Made by a program: the position numbers and the translations under genes. Of a stretch of 37,838 nt of DNA, positions 36,453-37,838 are shown piece by piece. The DNA is from Patescibacteria group bacterium (lineage in GTDB: Bacteria > Patescibacteriota > Patescibacteriia > UBA2591 > UBA6264). The first letter of the stretch is position 1; the number at the start of each line of letters is the position of its first letter. The stretch spans positions 1-37,838 of the forward strand of contig DATFJC010000015.1 of the NCBI GenBank assembly GCA_035269445.1, given 5' to 3'. The notes under the pieces are model-generated. The model made no database searches, was not told where the DNA came from, and worked only from the letters and a program-made list of their open reading frames with translations.

Positions 36453-36481
36453 ATTATAGGATATTTTTTAAATAATGTAAA
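36453..36481 (-). promoter_or_regulatory. Near-consensus promoter of the 166-aa/T4CP-like/dnaX/tRNA-Gln operon
   Basis: Minus strand reads TTTACA (36481-36476), a 17-nt spacer, then TATAAT (36458-36453). Sits between tRNA-Glu and the ATG at 36384. Confidence 0.55.
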
Positions 36482-36496
36482 TTATCTATAAAAAAA

Positions 36497-36568
36497 TACT
36501 CCCATGGGGAATCGAACCCCAATCTCCAGCTTGAGAAGCTGACGTCCTAACCGTTAGACGATGGGAGC
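36497..36568 (-). tRNA. tRNA-Glu (anticodon CUC), no encoded CCA
   Basis: Hand-folded. Acceptor GCUCCCA/UGGGAGU (G1:U72). D-arm GUCU-AACGGUUA-GGAC. Anticodon stem UCAGC/GCUGG with loop UUCUCAA. T-arm UGGGG-UUCGAUU-CCCCA. Confidence 0.9.
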
Positions 36569-36616
36569 CTTTATTTTTAATAATAGCCTAATTTTAAGTT
36601 AATGTCAAAATTACCA

Positions 36617-36645
36617 TTTACAAGAAAAAATAAAAATGCTAAAAT
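36617..36645 (+). promoter_or_regulatory. Near-consensus promoter of secG
   Basis: TTTACA (36617-36622), a 17-nt spacer, then TGC-TAAAAT (extended -10; -10 at 36640-36645). The -10 ends 36 nt upstream of the secG ATG. Confidence 0.55.
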
Positions 36646-36681
36646 AATTCTTACATTAAAAAAGTAAATCTTAAAAGCCTT

Positions 36682-36900
36682 ATGACTACATTATCCATTG
36701 CTCAAATTGTTGTATCCATTCTTTTAATTATAGGTATTTTAATGCAATCTAGAGGTGGCGGCCTTTCTTCTATGTTTGGTGGAGGCGGCGGAGGAGATGC
36801 TTATCGTACCAAAAGAGGGGCTGAAAAATTTATATTTAGAGCAACAATAGTTTTAGCAGTCTTATTTTTGCTTATAAGCGCTGCTCGCTTATTTGTTTAA
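36682..36900 (+). CDS. secG: Preprotein translocase subunit SecG
   Basis: 72 aa with two TM helices flanking the Gly-rich loop MQSRGGGLSSMFGGGGGGDAY, typical of SecG. Confidence 0.85.
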   Translation: MTTLSIAQIVVSILLIIGILMQSRGGGLSSMFGGGGGGDAYRTKRGAEKFIFRATIVLAVLFLLISAARLFV

Positions 36901-36904
36901 TGAA

Positions 36905-37838
36905 ATGAAGCTAAAAAGTTTAAACTCAAAAAATAATAATAAATTTTTAATAAATTCTTTGTATAGAAAAAACAAGGTATTTACCATTCTAATGAGTCTA
37001 ATTATTTTTCTAATAATATTAGGATTAATAATTTGGCTCTATTTTTTATATACTGAAAATGATTATCAATTTAAAGGTGTTTTTAAAGAAGGCCTTATTC
37101 AACAACCAATAAATATTAATCCTCTTACGCCTCAAAATGATACTGATAAAAGTTTATCTCAGCTTATTCATTCTGGTCTTTTAAAACAAAACAAAAACCT
37201 TGGATTTGAACCAGATCTTGCTAAGAGCTTACCTATAACTGTTAAAGAAGAAGATTATTTAAAAATATGTCTTAAAAAAGATATTTTTTGGCATAATAAT
37301 AAAAAGCTTTCGGTTGATGACGTTATTTTTACCTATAATAAAGCTAAAAAGCTTGATGATTTAAACCCTAAGCTATCTTTTGTAAGATTGCTTGATATAA
37401 CCAAACTAGACAATAATTGTTTAAAAATTAAGTCTAATTTAAGTAGGAATCAACTTTATTCCTTATTAACAGTAGGTATAATTCCCAAGCATATTTGGCA
37501 AGAAATAGACTTATCAGAACAAGAAACAGATTTTAGTATTAAGCCTGTTGGTACTGGTATGTTTCAATTTAATTCTTTAGGAAGGAATAAAAATGGTGAG
37601 ATTGTGTTTTATAATTTAAAACAAAATAAAAAATACTATAATAAAAAACCCAATATTAAAAATATTGAGTTTTCTTTTTATAAAAATTTAGAAAATAGTC
37701 ATCAAGCCTTAAAAAATAAGGAAATTAACGCCTTTAGTCCTCATATTAATCCTATTTTTAGCTTACCAGAACATGTTCAGAATCATAAATTTAATTGGAA
37801 TTTTTATAGCGGTTTATTTTTTAATCTAAAAAATGAAT
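36905..37838 (+). CDS. ABC transporter substrate-binding protein, family 5 (peptide/nickel type), 3'-truncated by the window edge
   Basis: Not in the ORF track because no stop is reached. Frame is open from the ATG at 36905 to the edge. TM anchor, then INPLTPQNDTDKSLSQLIHSGLL...EPDLAKSL...FWHNNKKLSVDDVIFTY, matching the SBP_bac_5 N-terminal pattern. Confidence 0.7.
   Translation, partial: MKLKSLNSKNNNKFLINSLYRKNKVFTILMSLIIFLIILGLIIWLYFLYTENDYQFKGVFKEGLIQQPININPLTPQNDTDKSLSQLIHSGLLKQNKNLGFEPDLAKSLPITVKEEDYLKICLKKDIFWHNNKKLSVDDVIFTYNKAKKLDDLNPKLSFVRLLDITKLDNNCLKIKSNLSRNQLYSLLTVGIIPKHIWQEIDLSEQETDFSIKPVGTGMFQFNSLGRNKNGEIVFYNLKQNKKYYNKKPNIKNIEFSFYKNLENSHQALKNKEINAFSPHINPIFSLPEHVQNHKFNWNFYSGLFFNLKNE

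Noticed and set aside
1-37838. Alternative genetic code (UGA = Gly, code 25), as in some CPR lineages
   Set aside because: All conserved genes read through intact under code 11. TGA serves as a real stop in an ATGA stop/start overlap at 10378-10381.
1-37838. CRISPR arrays, transposases, integrases, prophage or defence islands
   Set aside because: Scanning both strands, I found no spaced direct-repeat arrays. I found no DDE/HUH or tyrosine/serine recombinase-like ORFs, no terminal inverted repeats flanking a cargo, and no RM or TA-like gene pairs.

Overview
This is a very AT-rich, tightly packed bacterial chromosome segment. The 60-nt lines I hand-counted ranged from about 13% to 40% GC, with higher values only in conserved motifs. 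It uses the standard code, with TGA as a stop at 10379-10381. I can support about 41 CDS, including two edge-truncated ones and one unlisted 56-codon sORF. There are two tRNAs, Gln-CUG and Glu-CUC, neither with an encoded CCA. I also found several near-consensus sigma70-type promoters, one CIRCE operator and a set of hairpin terminators.

Gene content is mostly housekeeping and cell envelope:
- mreC-mreD-PBP2
- a clpB-led operon ending in fmt
- thpR, a GT2 glycosyltransferase, gltX and an M23 peptidase
- uppP, the AmmeMemoRadiSam trio, ddl and ftsQ
- a second M23 peptidase with polX
- a DHH phosphoesterase, rarA and a run of small envelope DUF proteins
- ychF, typA, dnaX, secG and a family-5 ABC substrate-binding protein

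Small proteins, low GC and the gene mix suggest a Candidate Phyla Radiation (Patescibacteria) type genome. That is inference only. I see no CRISPR array, transposase, integrase, rRNA, restriction-modification or toxin-antitoxin pair, so this looks like core genome rather than an accessory island.

The items most worth a second look are:
1. An orphan membrane-anchored T4SS-coupling-protein-like ATPase with a large unrecognised N-terminal domain, in an operon with a K/E-rich protein and dnaX.
2. The function-unknown AmmeMemoRadiSam trio wedged between uppP and ddl-ftsQ, followed by an unannotated two-TM sORF.
3. A CIRCE operator overlapping the -35 of the promoter of a clpB operon that also carries a secreted four-repeat protein and fmt.
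4. A GC-enriched non-coding island at about 14.2 kb.

All family assignments come from motifs read by eye. No searches were run.
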